NCBI GenBank assembly: GCA_002441305.1
Contig: DJVT01000009.1
Span: forward strand, 345,210-409,209
Source of the DNA: Candidatus Omnitrophica bacterium UBA6249
GTDB taxonomy: Bacteria; Omnitrophota; Gorgyraeia; Gygaellales; Profunditerraquicolaceae
Direction of reading: 5' to 3'
Length of the DNA: 64,000 nucleotides
Below are positions 42,137 to 49,943 of this stretch, in pieces. Positions within the stretch are counted from its first letter, which is position 1, and the number at the start of each line of letters is the position of its first letter. A program made the position numbers and the translations under genes. The notes under the pieces are model-generated. The model did no database searches. It was not told where the DNA came from and saw nothing but the letters and a program-made list of their open reading frames with translations.

Positions 42137-42351
42137 GTCCGTATTTGGTTAAGTATTGCCCGGAGTTTACTGTCGTTATATGGCACGCGACAGGTATAAA
42201 GCCACATCTCGACCTCTGAGGCGCGAAACATAACTTCCCCGCTTGGTAGCCTAAAATGCGGGATAAGCCAATTCTTCACCAGATAGTCAATCTGGCTCCG
42301 CCTTAGATTGAGATGAGTCATAAGCCGTTCAACAGTCAATAAGCCTTCCAT
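42115..42351 (-). CDS. AlpA/excisionase-family HTH regulator
   Basis: 78 aa. LLTVERLMTHLNLRRSQIDYLVKNWLIPHFRLPSGEVMFRASEVEMWL matches the HTH_17 pattern. It overlaps the primase start by 22 nt. Confidence 0.6.
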   Translation of the reverse strand: MEGLLTVERLMTHLNLRRSQIDYLVKNWLIPHFRLPSGEVMFRASEVEMWLYTCRVPYNDSKLRAILNQIRTWRCKQQ

Positions 42352-42460
42352 GTGATATCCTCCTCGCGAATTTCTTTTCTACTTGGAGTTTATCACTGGA
42401 AAAATCATGCCTTCCCAGCTTTACCCAAATTTGCTCAAATTTTTACATTGATTGTGCGTA

Positions 42461-42488
42461 AAAAAGAAAAAACGCCCTAAGGCGTTTT
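42461..42488 (-). terminator. Rho-independent terminator after the 203-aa gene
   Basis: The minus strand has the stem AAAACGCC / GGCGTTTT with a 4-nt loop, followed by a T-run. Confidence 0.7.
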
Positions 42489-42522
42489 AGTGGGAATTAC
42501 TGCTATTTTTGTTTTGGAAATA

Positions 42523-43134
42523 CTACTGAGAGGAGTCTTGATCGTCAGCGGTAGGAAGTTCTTCGGCGGCGATCTGCCATTTGCTTCCGATCTTGCGGGC
42601 TAATAACTGATTATTCTCAAGCCAGTTTTGCATGGTCTTACGGCTGATATTAAAAACCTTGGCCCAATGCGTGATTGGATACGGGCTTGACCAGCCGCTA
42701 CGCGGGATTAATTTCGGTCTTATTCTAAACTCAGAAGACATTATCCTGTTTCTTGCACCCATAATACGGTGCATCATCCCAAGTTGCATATCTTTCGTCT
42801 TTTCACACCATTCATTGTAGCCTCCGGGAAGCCACGTTGGAAGCTCAGGGATAACCGGTGTTTCATTCGGCCCGAATAGATATTCTATAATGGGGATAGC
42901 CGCTTGATTGGCTTCCTGATAAAGATTTCCCAAGTCAGGCTTTTTTACTTTATGCTTCTTTAGCGTTTTCTCATACTTGTGGAATACATCATCTTTTGTC
43001 AGCCAATCATAGGAATCGATTGATGAAAGACCGAGCCTTTCAATAGTCAACACCCACTCACTGGAGGCCTTCTCATACGCTGACCACTTTTTCCAGAACT
43101 CCGTAACGCAATCGAGTTTATTCTTTTTATCCAC
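42523..43134 (-). CDS. Conserved 203-aa element protein with C-terminal excisionase-type HTH
   Basis: It aligns along its whole length with 60633-61244 of element 2. The C-terminus reads ITHWAKVFNISRKTMQNWLENNQLLARKIGSKWQI. Confidence 0.7.
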   Translation of the reverse strand: MDKKNKLDCVTEFWKKWSAYEKASSEWVLTIERLGLSSIDSYDWLTKDDVFHKYEKTLKKHKVKKPDLGNLYQEANQAAIPIIEYLFGPNETPVIPELPTWLPGGYNEWCEKTKDMQLGMMHRIMGARNRIMSSEFRIRPKLIPRSGWSSPYPITHWAKVFNISRKTMQNWLENNQLLARKIGSKWQIAAEELPTADDQDSSQ

Positions 43135-43179
43135 AACGGATTATCCTAATCATTGTTAAAATGACCAACATCGCTTCAT

Positions 43180-43395
43180 TTAATCAATACGTAAAGTGCT
43201 GTCCTTAAAAATATTTTTTTCTTCATTCTGGTTCAGTTTTCTAAAAACAAATAGGTGTTCATGCATGATTAAAAGGAAATCCTTGTCCTGCGCGCTCCAG
43301 TATCTGGTAGTCGAACAATTGTGTTGTACTTTTATAACATCTTCTTTGAGTAGGAATCCGGCTTTTAAGAAGCGTCGCATAACAGAAAATGCCAA
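43180..43395 (-). CDS. Hypothetical 71-aa ORF (weak)
   Basis: An ORF with no motif in AT-rich DNA. An equally long antisense ORF overlaps it. Confidence 0.25.
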   Translation of the reverse strand: MAFSVMRRFLKAGFLLKEDVIKVQHNCSTTRYWSAQDKDFLLIMHEHLFVFRKLNQNEEKNIFKDSTLRID

Positions 43396-43462
43396 CGGAA
43401 CATAATGCCTGCGTCGGCGAGTATCTCCGATGAGGATGGCGCAATATTGAAGGCCAATTTAC

Positions 43463-43681
43463 TCAGTCAGCTTTTTCTATATCTTTTTCCTCCTCTGAAA
43501 CACGATTATCTTCACCGCATTGAATAGACAGGACAAGCGGCCCCTTTGCAAAATTCATACAAATTACACCCTGCGAGTCAACAACACCGTTTATATCGGT
43601 ATCTTCCGATAACTGCCAGCCACTATTTTTTAATGTGGCTAATATTTTCTTCGCCTCTTGAATATGATTTTTATCGAGCAT
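43463..43681 (-). CDS. Small hypothetical protein translationally coupled to the DpnI-like gene
   Basis: 72 aa from the internal ATG (MLDKNHIQEAKKILATLKNSGWQL...). It overlaps the DpnI-like stop by 11 nt. Confidence 0.4.
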   Translation of the reverse strand: MLDKNHIQEAKKILATLKNSGWQLSEDTDINGVVDSQGVICMNFAKGPLVLSIQCGEDNRVSEEEKDIEKAD

Positions 43682-44468
43682 TTTCTTCCTTATGCTCCAA
43701 CGGCGTAAGCCGATACTTGCCACGACCGATGAATTCCAAATACCCTTTATCACGTAAAATTTGCAATTGCTGCCTGATCTTATCCTTGATGTGTTTATTG
43801 CCAGGATAAGCTCTCTTTAATTCCTCTTCAAATTTATAAACATCATCTAACAAAAAGTCTTTTTTGTCTAAACGGTCGATGCATTTCATAACCGTTAATG
43901 TCCACCCTCTCGATTCAGATCGGGAAGATTCCCTTAAAAATAGAGTCCTCCGCCATTCAGCCGACACCTTGTCTTTTGGCGAAACCTGATGATCACGTAT
44001 AAAATATATCTTCCCGGCCTCAGGGATAGAACGAAGCAGAATATTGCAACCAACCCAATGGCTCCGCCTAGCCTCAGGTGAGAGCGGTTTTCTCATCTCA
44101 ATAATATCGGCCGTAAAAAAATGTTTTGGGATTACCAAAAAATTTACAACCGCCCATGATGTAATCGAATAATTCAAAAAGAAAAAATTTGGATTATTTA
44201 GATCTTTTAGTCGCTCGAGCATCGTCTCATAAGCGCCATCGACTACTTTATCTCCGATTTTGTCTTTTTTGCTCTTTAACTCAAATTCCTCTCTACAACT
44301 TAGGCAAAAGAAATCCGCGACAGGCCTGCTATTCGGAAATTGCCTAAGAGAAAGCCCACAATTGGGACAATATATCTCTCGCTCAACCCAGTTCTCGGTA
44401 AGAACTCTGGCCTTCTGAGAAGGACTTTTGTATGCCGCCGATAGGCGCTGATCAAGATCGAGGTTCAT
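43671..44468 (-). CDS. DpnI-like methyl-directed type IIM restriction endonuclease (Dam-replacing family)
   Basis: 265 aa that aligns throughout, from memory, with S. pneumoniae DpnI. Shared blocks are SQKAR.LTE.WV....YCPNCG, NRPVADF.C..C.EEFELKSKK, NPNFFFL, SRGWT and NHIK.KIRQQLQILRDK...F.GRGKYR. Confidence 0.85.
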   Translation of the reverse strand: MNLDLDQRLSAAYKSPSQKARVLTENWVEREIYCPNCGLSLRQFPNSRPVADFFCLSCREEFELKSKKDKIGDKVVDGAYETMLERLKDLNNPNFFFLNYSITSWAVVNFLVIPKHFFTADIIEMRKPLSPEARRSHWVGCNILLRSIPEAGKIYFIRDHQVSPKDKVSAEWRRTLFLRESSRSESRGWTLTVMKCIDRLDKKDFLLDDVYKFEEELKRAYPGNKHIKDKIRQQLQILRDKGYLEFIGRGKYRLTPLEHKEENAR

Positions 44469-44622
44469 ATTGGATAGCCGTAGCCAGTCTCCTTAAAACC
44501 GAATAAATATGATCACAATCCTCACCGGCTTCTAGCCAGTTTTTCTTTTCATCATCCCAGCAATAATCCAAGACACGCCTAATATCATCTTCCACCTGCT
44601 CATTCATTATTATTGATCGCAT
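44452..44622 (-). CDS. Possible 56-aa ORF overlapping the DpnI-like start (below the ORF-track cutoff)
   Basis: My own translation is MRSIIMNEQVEDDIRRVLDYCWDDEKKNWLEAGEDCDHIYSVLRRLATAIQYEPRS. Its stop lies 17 nt inside the DpnI-like gene. Confidence 0.3.
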   Translation of the reverse strand: MRSIIMNEQVEDDIRRVLDYCWDDEKKNWLEAGEDCDHIYSVLRRLATAIQYEPRS

Positions 44623-44634
44623 AGGCCTCGTTGA

Positions 44635-45768
44635 TCACCTTTTTTCTTTTGATGCCGAAGAATCTTTTAATGCCCGCTCAATTTCTTTAATTGTCGGCAA
44701 ACTTGATTTCAATTCCTTAGGTAATGCCCGTGTAATTTGATATTCAGACACCCCGATGGCTTTGGTTACGCCTTTCAAAGCATATTCGGCAATAATCTGA
44801 TTCTTATCCTGACACAGGATAAGTCCTATCGTTGGCCTATCTTGTTCATGACAAAGTTGGGCGTCTACCACATTACAATAAAAATTCATTTTTCCCGCGT
44901 ATTCTGGTTTAAATGGCCCCCGCTTGAGATCTACGACAATGAAGCACCGCAAACGCAAGTGGTAAAATAAAAGATCCAGATAAAATTCTTTCGCGCCTAT
45001 GTTCAAGAGATACTGTCGGCCTACAAATGCAAAGCCCTGCCCTAACTCAAGGAGGAATTTCTCAACGTGTGCGAGAAGGCCCAACTCAAGTTCTCGCTCA
45101 TGAAAAGGTTCCGATAAAGTAAGAAAGTCAAAGATATACGGGTCCTTTAAACTTTGCTCTGCAAGATCCGATTGAGCTGGCGGCAATGTCCGCGAGAAGT
45201 TATGAATCACTTTTCCAGAACTTCGATGAGCTGCTGATTTAATCATTGCGCTCAATCTATCGCGACTCCAGCCCTGTTCTATCGTCTGCTGCATATACCA
45301 CAATCTATCATCAAGATCACTTACTTTCTCCATGAGAAGCACATTATGAAACCATGGCAATTTTGCAGCAACCTGCTGCAAAATTAAAGAATGCTTCTGA
45401 CGAGCTTTATTTTTTGCAGCACCCTGCTGCATAATTAACGGCTTCCCATATTCCCGGGCAAAGCGAATCATATACCCAATATTTCTCTCCGAAAAACCCT
45501 TTACCTCTGGCATTTCATTCCGAATATCCCTGGCTAATTTAGGAATAATTGCCGCGCCCCAACCAGCTCTTGCTTGACGTTCAATAATGGCCCGTCCGAT
45601 ATCCCAATAAAGGACAACCATTTCATTATTGACAGCGAACGTGGCTTTAACTTGTGCCGACCGAATACGCTCTTTCACCGCTTTTAAAAAAACAGGATAG
45701 TCGGAAGGCAACCCTGATAACTTTTTAACAGATAGTGAATTACTTGATGGCGACATCTTTTTTGTCAT
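44635..45768 (-). CDS. DUF1016 / YhcG family PD-(D/E)XK nuclease-domain protein
   Basis: 377 aa with the typical YhcG N-terminus (..RIRSAQVKATFAVNNEMVVLYWDIGRAI...). The C-terminal nuclease core reads YLDLLFYHLRLRCFIVVDLK. Confidence 0.8.
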   Translation of the reverse strand: MTKKMSPSSNSLSVKKLSGLPSDYPVFLKAVKERIRSAQVKATFAVNNEMVVLYWDIGRAIIERQARAGWGAAIIPKLARDIRNEMPEVKGFSERNIGYMIRFAREYGKPLIMQQGAAKNKARQKHSLILQQVAAKLPWFHNVLLMEKVSDLDDRLWYMQQTIEQGWSRDRLSAMIKSAAHRSSGKVIHNFSRTLPPAQSDLAEQSLKDPYIFDFLTLSEPFHERELELGLLAHVEKFLLELGQGFAFVGRQYLLNIGAKEFYLDLLFYHLRLRCFIVVDLKRGPFKPEYAGKMNFYCNVVDAQLCHEQDRPTIGLILCQDKNQIIAEYALKGVTKAIGVSEYQITRALPKELKSSLPTIKEIERALKDSSASKEKR

Positions 45769-46397
45769 AAATCATCCTCTAAATTAGGAATCGTATGGAC
45801 TACTACTCCCTGAGCCTGAAAATCATTTCCCGCCACAATAGGTTTATGATTTTTATTCGTCGACCGTGGTTTTAATACCACCGTATGGGCAGAAGCCGAA
45901 TATTCTTTGATTGTAACCTCATTATCGACTAAAGCAACGATCGCCTCTCCGTTTTCGGCGGTTCGTTGTTTCTTAACCAGAATAAAATCCCCATCGTTAA
46001 TTCCTTTTTTATTCATAGAATCACCCTTGGCGCGCAAAAGGAAGTATTTATGCGGAGGTTTAGCGAGTTTCGTTGAGACAGGAAATACAGCTTGAATATT
46101 CTCTTCAGCAAAAATCGGCATTCCACATGGGGCCGTACCCACCAAAGGGATATCAATCGTTTGAATATTAGCCTTATCCTCAAAATCCCGGACGATTTGT
46201 AAAGATCCGATCGGGCTCCTACGAAGAATACCCTTCGAGATGAGTTTATTAACTAACAGAGAAGCAGATCGAGGTGAGCGGTATCCCAGCGTCTTCATCA
46301 AATCGCGCAATGAAGGACATCGACCAAAATTAATTATCGAGCTTCTTATTTCTTTTAGGGCAATATTTTCTTTATCTGAAAGCGTTAATGTTCTCAT
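45765..46397 (-). CDS. LexA-like repressor (winged-helix plus S24 peptidase)
   Basis: It has a LexA-type DNA-binding N-terminus (PSLRDLMKTLGYRSPRSASLLVNKL) and an S24 core (GDSMNKKGINDGDFILVKK, catalytic Ser/Lys context). I use the ATG at 46397. It has a 4-nt overlap with the DUF1016 gene. Confidence 0.8.
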   Translation of the reverse strand: MRTLTLSDKENIALKEIRSSIINFGRCPSLRDLMKTLGYRSPRSASLLVNKLISKGILRRSPIGSLQIVRDFEDKANIQTIDIPLVGTAPCGMPIFAEENIQAVFPVSTKLAKPPHKYFLLRAKGDSMNKKGINDGDFILVKKQRTAENGEAIVALVDNEVTIKEYSASAHTVVLKPRSTNKNHKPIVAGNDFQAQGVVVHTIPNLEDDL

Positions 46398-46414
46398 GTA
46401 TACAATTGTATACA
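46397..46414. promoter_or_regulatory. Perfect 18-bp palindrome abutting the lexA-like start (operator candidate)
   Basis: TGTATACAATTGTATACA is two self-complementary TGTATACA octamers joined by AT. It has an SOS-box-like TGT...ACA periphery. Confidence 0.6.
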
Positions 46415-46687
46415 ATATGAATAAGAAGTCAATGATTTTTTGCGAATTTTATAAGACAAATGTCAGTAGTGCCAAATGTCCATTTGCCAGCAAATATTAA
46501 ATTCTCGTGGGCATTTTCATGTCCATCCATGTCCATCAAAATGCCCTTTTTCGGCCTTCCCGGGAGTCCCTAAAACACCCCTAAAATCGCCTATTTCCCG
46601 TCGCTGGACGCTCATTTTGGCCGGGTTGACCACTTATGCCCAAACCCCAAAAGTGATGGACATGGACATCGATTTTTTTAACCACTA

Positions 46688-46815
46688 TCACTGGCTCCTT
46701 GCGCCTCGCCCGACCCTCACCCAAGCCCCCTTCCAAGGACCCAGTGCCACTTAACAACATATTTCGTAAATACAAGAATCCTCCCGCAATAAGGCATTAC
46801 GGAAGGATTCTTGTA
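46688..46815. repeat. Conserved GC-rich motif copy 2 plus adjacent hairpin
   Basis: TCACTGG..GCGCCTCGCCCGACCCTCACCC..CCAAGGACCC (46688-46742). A hairpin TACAAGAATCCT...AGGATTCTTGTA follows at 46771-46815. It is preceded by GGACAT/ATGTCC word arrays at 46461-46536 and 46656-46669. Confidence 0.8.
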
Positions 46816-46911
46816 AAAACATTACTTCTTTCTCTTTTTAGCCTTCTTCTTATTTGCGACCTTATCCCCCATCGGTTCTCACCCCCCTTCTATTTTTTAA
46901 CGCTTATAATA

Positions 46912-47328
46912 TCAAGAGAGAGCTTCGCCGTTCGCTTCCGGTTGATAAATGATTTTTTCAACCTGCAGTTTCGCAACACCTGCAGGCACTTTCCATTCAA
47001 TAATATCCCCAACGCTATATCCGAGTAATGCCGTACCAATCGGCGCTAAGATTGAAACTCTCCCCTGACTAGCATCGGCCTGATCGGGGAAAACCAATTG
47101 ATACGTTATTTCTTCTTTTGTGTTTAAATCTCGCAAATGAACTTCCGAGCTCATCGTGATAATGTCCTGCGGAATATCTTGAGATTTTATGATTTTGCCC
47201 CTGTTCAGCTCAGCTTCTAAATCCTGCAAATACTTCTCTTCTTCTTTTTTAAATTGTCTCGCAACCATTATCAATTCCCGTAATCTTCTCATATCATTAT
47301 CGGTAATATATATAGTTTTACTTGTCAT
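46912..47328 (-). CDS. rnk: Rnk / GreA-GreB family regulator (nucleoside diphosphate kinase regulator-like)
   Basis: 138 aa that aligns from memory with E. coli Rnk. Shared blocks are ...VVTM.S.V...........L V.P........VS.LAP.G.ALLG..VGD.I.W..P.G......V....YQPEA. Confidence 0.75.
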   Translation of the reverse strand: MTSKTIYITDNDMRRLRELIMVARQFKKEEEKYLQDLEAELNRGKIIKSQDIPQDIITMSSEVHLRDLNTKEEITYQLVFPDQADASQGRVSILAPIGTALLGYSVGDIIEWKVPAGVAKLQVEKIIYQPEANGEALS

Positions 47329-47345
47329 TTTTACCCCCTCCCTTT

Positions 47346-47663
47346 TTATCCAACAACACGGTTGACATTCATTACAAAAAGAATACCTTGTCCCGGCTCT
47401 TTTAAGTTACCATGTTTTTCCAGTACTTTGATGAGTTTCTCTCTGTTAACATCCAGCGTCAGAAGAATTAAAATCTCTCTAGATGAACCAATCTGCAAAC
47501 CAATTGTGCGTCTACCAGCTTCTGTACACAGCCCCTTACCGGAAAGCACAGTAGCGCCAAAAATCCCAGTGTCTTTAAGGACTGGCATTATTGCCTTTAT
47601 TTTTCCTTTCGGAAGAATAGCCACAATCAGTTTAAGCATCCCGAACCTCTTTCTCTTCATCAT
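47346..47663 (-). CDS. PII-like small signalling protein (beta-alpha-beta x2 pattern)
   Basis: MLKLIVAILPKGKIKAIMPVLKDTGIFGATVLSGKG..., then a T-loop-like segment, then ...GQGILFVMNVNRVVG. The probable start is the internal MLKLIV at 47639. Confidence 0.5.
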   Translation of the reverse strand: MMKRKRFGMLKLIVAILPKGKIKAIMPVLKDTGIFGATVLSGKGLCTEAGRRTIGLQIGSSREILILLTLDVNREKLIKVLEKHGNLKEPGQGILFVMNVNRVVG

Positions 47664-47985
47664 TTCATATCCCCTTTAACTTGTTTTAAATATCCAGCCA
47701 ATAGATCTCATCGACCAATCTGATATGTTCTAGCATCTTCCGAAAGTTTATAAAAACCACGGCTCAAACCGTAACATTAAATTTTATGCCAAATTATCAT
47801 TCGGATTACGGTATAAGCCTGAAAATAATCGAATTCAGCAATAGGCCTCCAGTGTTTTTCTGAGATTGCAGGAGGCCCATTGATCCATGAAGGTTTATCG
47901 TCCCTTTCGTTTTTTACCTTTTTTTGATCGCCACATAATCCCCATCGCCATTCACCTCCTTTCAAGGTCAATGTCGGACAGATTA

Positions 47986-48441
47986 TTAAACGTTTAATAC
48001 TTCTTTCACCCTTCGTTTAATATATTCCATATTAAAAGGCTGATATACCCACTCTTGCACCCCCAATTCAATTAACTTCTCTTTGCCTCTGATATCTTGT
48101 AACGATGACACCACAATAACGCAGGTCCTTAAGCTCATCTTTTTGATTTGCCGCATTATACTTTCGCAATACTCAATCGTCGTTGTAACCCCAACAATAA
48201 CCATATCCACGCGCTTTTGAGCTAACAACTCAAATATTTCCGAATGGCTGGACAGAGAAACCGTATGATAGCCGGATTTTTCCAGAAGCTCTCTAAGGCC
48301 CCGGCCGGGATCATAGTATTTTTGAGCGATCAAAATGGTCAGTTTCGTTCCAATTTTATAGTCCTGCCTCTGTCTAAATAACCGGATTAAGACGCGCCAC
48401 ACCTCTGACATCCTCAATGGTATAAAAAGCACCTTGATCAA
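47986..48441 (-). CDS. Receiver-like domain protein lacking the phospho-acceptor Asp (pseudo-receiver)
   Basis: It has the REC-type pattern LTILIAQ...VDMVIVGVTT...CVIVVSS...KP-like FNM. The canonical DD pair and phospho-Asp are replaced (QK.. and G). The start is uncertain because the ORF overlaps the upstream gene. Confidence 0.5.
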   Translation of the reverse strand: MIKVLFIPLRMSEVWRVLIRLFRQRQDYKIGTKLTILIAQKYYDPGRGLRELLEKSGYHTVSLSSHSEIFELLAQKRVDMVIVGVTTTIEYCESIMRQIKKMSLRTCVIVVSSLQDIRGKEKLIELGVQEWVYQPFNMEYIKRRVKEVLNV

Positions 48442-48910
48442 ATTTCTTTATTATGCCTAAAACGTTATCTAACAACTTGCGCCGGACAATGACAAAAACA
48501 ATCTTCACCGGCCCCGCTGTCCCCTGTCCGTCAATCGTCGTTGCGCCGTATCCTTTGGAACGAAAATATCTCAATAAACTAGCCGGATTTTTATTCGTTA
48601 TAAACTGGACAGCTAAATTGCCTATGGCGATTTTTCGTTCGATTGTAATACCTACAAAAGTGCCCATACTAAAGCCGCCCGCAAAAGCGATATAGCTGAT
48701 CGGGTTATTCAAATTCTGCATAATTTGCGATATGCCGATAAGCCAAACAAGCATCTCAAAAAATCCAATAATAGCAGCTAATGCCCTTATCCCTCGGCTG
48801 ACAAAAATAATCCTGACAGCAGCCATACTGACGTCTGCCGCCCGCGCGAGAAAAATTAAAATAGGAATCAATATTGGAACAAAATCATTTTGCGGAATAA
48901 CAAAAGACAT
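48374..48910 (-). CDS. UPF0316 family membrane protein with DUF2179 domain
   Basis: 178 aa with three TM helices (...ARAADVSMAAVRIIFVSRG...) and a C-terminal soluble domain (GYGATTIDGQGTAGPVKIVFVIVRRK). Confidence 0.6.
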   Translation of the reverse strand: MSFVIPQNDFVPILIPILIFLARAADVSMAAVRIIFVSRGIRALAAIIGFFEMLVWLIGISQIMQNLNNPISYIAFAGGFSMGTFVGITIERKIAIGNLAVQFITNKNPASLLRYFRSKGYGATTIDGQGTAGPVKIVFVIVRRKLLDNVLGIIKKFDQGAFYTIEDVRGVARLNPVI

Positions 48911-48957
48911 GTCTAAAATACCTCCTTTTTAATTCTCGCTACTTAACACTGGCTAAG

Positions 48958-49140
48958 TTATTTTTCCCTTATGGACTCCTGGAATCCTATAGGCCACCCA
49001 GTTTTAAATTGATAAAACACACACCTTATAAAACTACCACGGCAATGTTCTTCCTGTCGTTTCTCACTGGGAGAAAAGGCATTACTCGATACTCCTTCGC
49101 AAAAATTATTCCTTTCTTTCGATATAAAATACGGACACAT
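48958..49140 (-). CDS. Small 4-Cys protein, paralog 1 (MCPYF...C...C..F..C..YQ)
   Basis: 60 aa. It shares MCPYF, four Cys at matching spacing, and a terminal YQ with the ORF at 50606-50797. It starts 3 nt after the dual-REC stop. Confidence 0.55.
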   Translation of the reverse strand: MCPYFISKERNNFCEGVSSNAFSPSEKRQEEHCRGSFIRCVFYQFKTGWPIGFQESIREK

Positions 49141-49142
49141 GA

Positions 49143-49871
49143 TTAATTTCCTCTGCCAACATTAAGAATGCGCTCAACTTTCTCTATGAGGATGCTGACA
49201 CCTTCCGCTTTATCAAAATAATCGTCCGCTTCTTTGATTAAAGACTGCTGATCATCTTTCGGAAAGACGCTAGACACTATGATTTTTACTGGAGGGGTTC
49301 TTCCCTTGATTCTTTCATAAACTTCCATGCCGATTTTCTTGGGAAGCGCGATATCAAGAATGACTAATCCAATACCCCGCTCTTTAGCAAACAATTCAAG
49401 TCCCGACTCTCCGTCTTCGGCTTCCAGAGTGCGGTATCCAAGATTCTCCAATTGGTTACTGAATAACTTTCTTATTTTGAATTCATCTTCGATAATAAGT
49501 ATCGTGTTTAACGGCATTAAACTGCGCGCAACTTTCTTGATTTTCTCAAGCAAAATATCGACACCTTGAGCTTTGTCATAGTACTCTGCGGCATCTTTCA
49601 TTATTTCCCGCTGTTCTTCAACAGGATAAACGCTCGTTACAATTACTTTTATGCTCTTATGAAATACCTGCATAAGATCAAACAATACGCTTCCATAAAC
49701 ATGAGGAAGGTTGATGTCCAGCAGGATAATATCAAAATGTTTTCTAAGTAAAATTTCGCTGGCTTGCACGGCGTCAGAAACGCTTACCACTGCATACCCT
49801 TCGCTTTCAAGCAATTCCGCATGTAACTTTCGCACCTTGTCCTCATCTTCAACTATCAATATCCTCATCAT
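49143..49871 (-). CDS. Response regulator consisting of two tandem receiver domains and no output domain
   Basis: 242 aa. REC1 reads ILIVEDE...FDIILLDINLP and REC2 reads ILIIEDE...GLVILDIALP. Both end with a similar ..DDYFDKA.GV.IL.EK motif. Confidence 0.8.
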   Translation of the reverse strand: MMRILIVEDEDKVRKLHAELLESEGYAVVSVSDAVQASEILLRKHFDIILLDINLPHVYGSVLFDLMQVFHKSIKVIVTSVYPVEEQREIMKDAAEYYDKAQGVDILLEKIKKVARSLMPLNTILIIEDEFKIRKLFSNQLENLGYRTLEAEDGESGLELFAKERGIGLVILDIALPKKIGMEVYERIKGRTPPVKIIVSSVFPKDDQQSLIKEADDYFDKAEGVSILIEKVERILNVGRGN

Positions 49872-49943
49872 TTAGAATTCCCGTCTTTTATTCGTTTAAT
49901 AAGCAGCAGTAAGGCTGGGAAAGCGTAAAATTGCGAATAATTC

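Noticed and set aside
43463-43753. A reading of the small ORF downstream of the DpnI-like gene as a HicA-type toxin, because of KILATLKNSGWQL.
   Set aside because: The resemblance is limited to about 12 residues. The conserved HicA GSH(H) catalytic segment is absent. I kept it as an unassigned small ORF.
46476-47028. ORFs 46476-46754, 46581-46775 and 46699-47028 in the intergenic module upstream of the lexA-like gene.
   Set aside because: They overlap one another on both strands across the conserved noncoding motif and hairpin. They have no start context or motifs, and the homologous regions in element 1 and element 2 do not preserve any of these frames.
47777-47971. A 64-aa ORF between the PII-like and pseudo-receiver genes.
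   Set aside because: It has no RBS or motif and an odd composition (W/G/K-rich). It is probably intergenic, although it remains unresolved.
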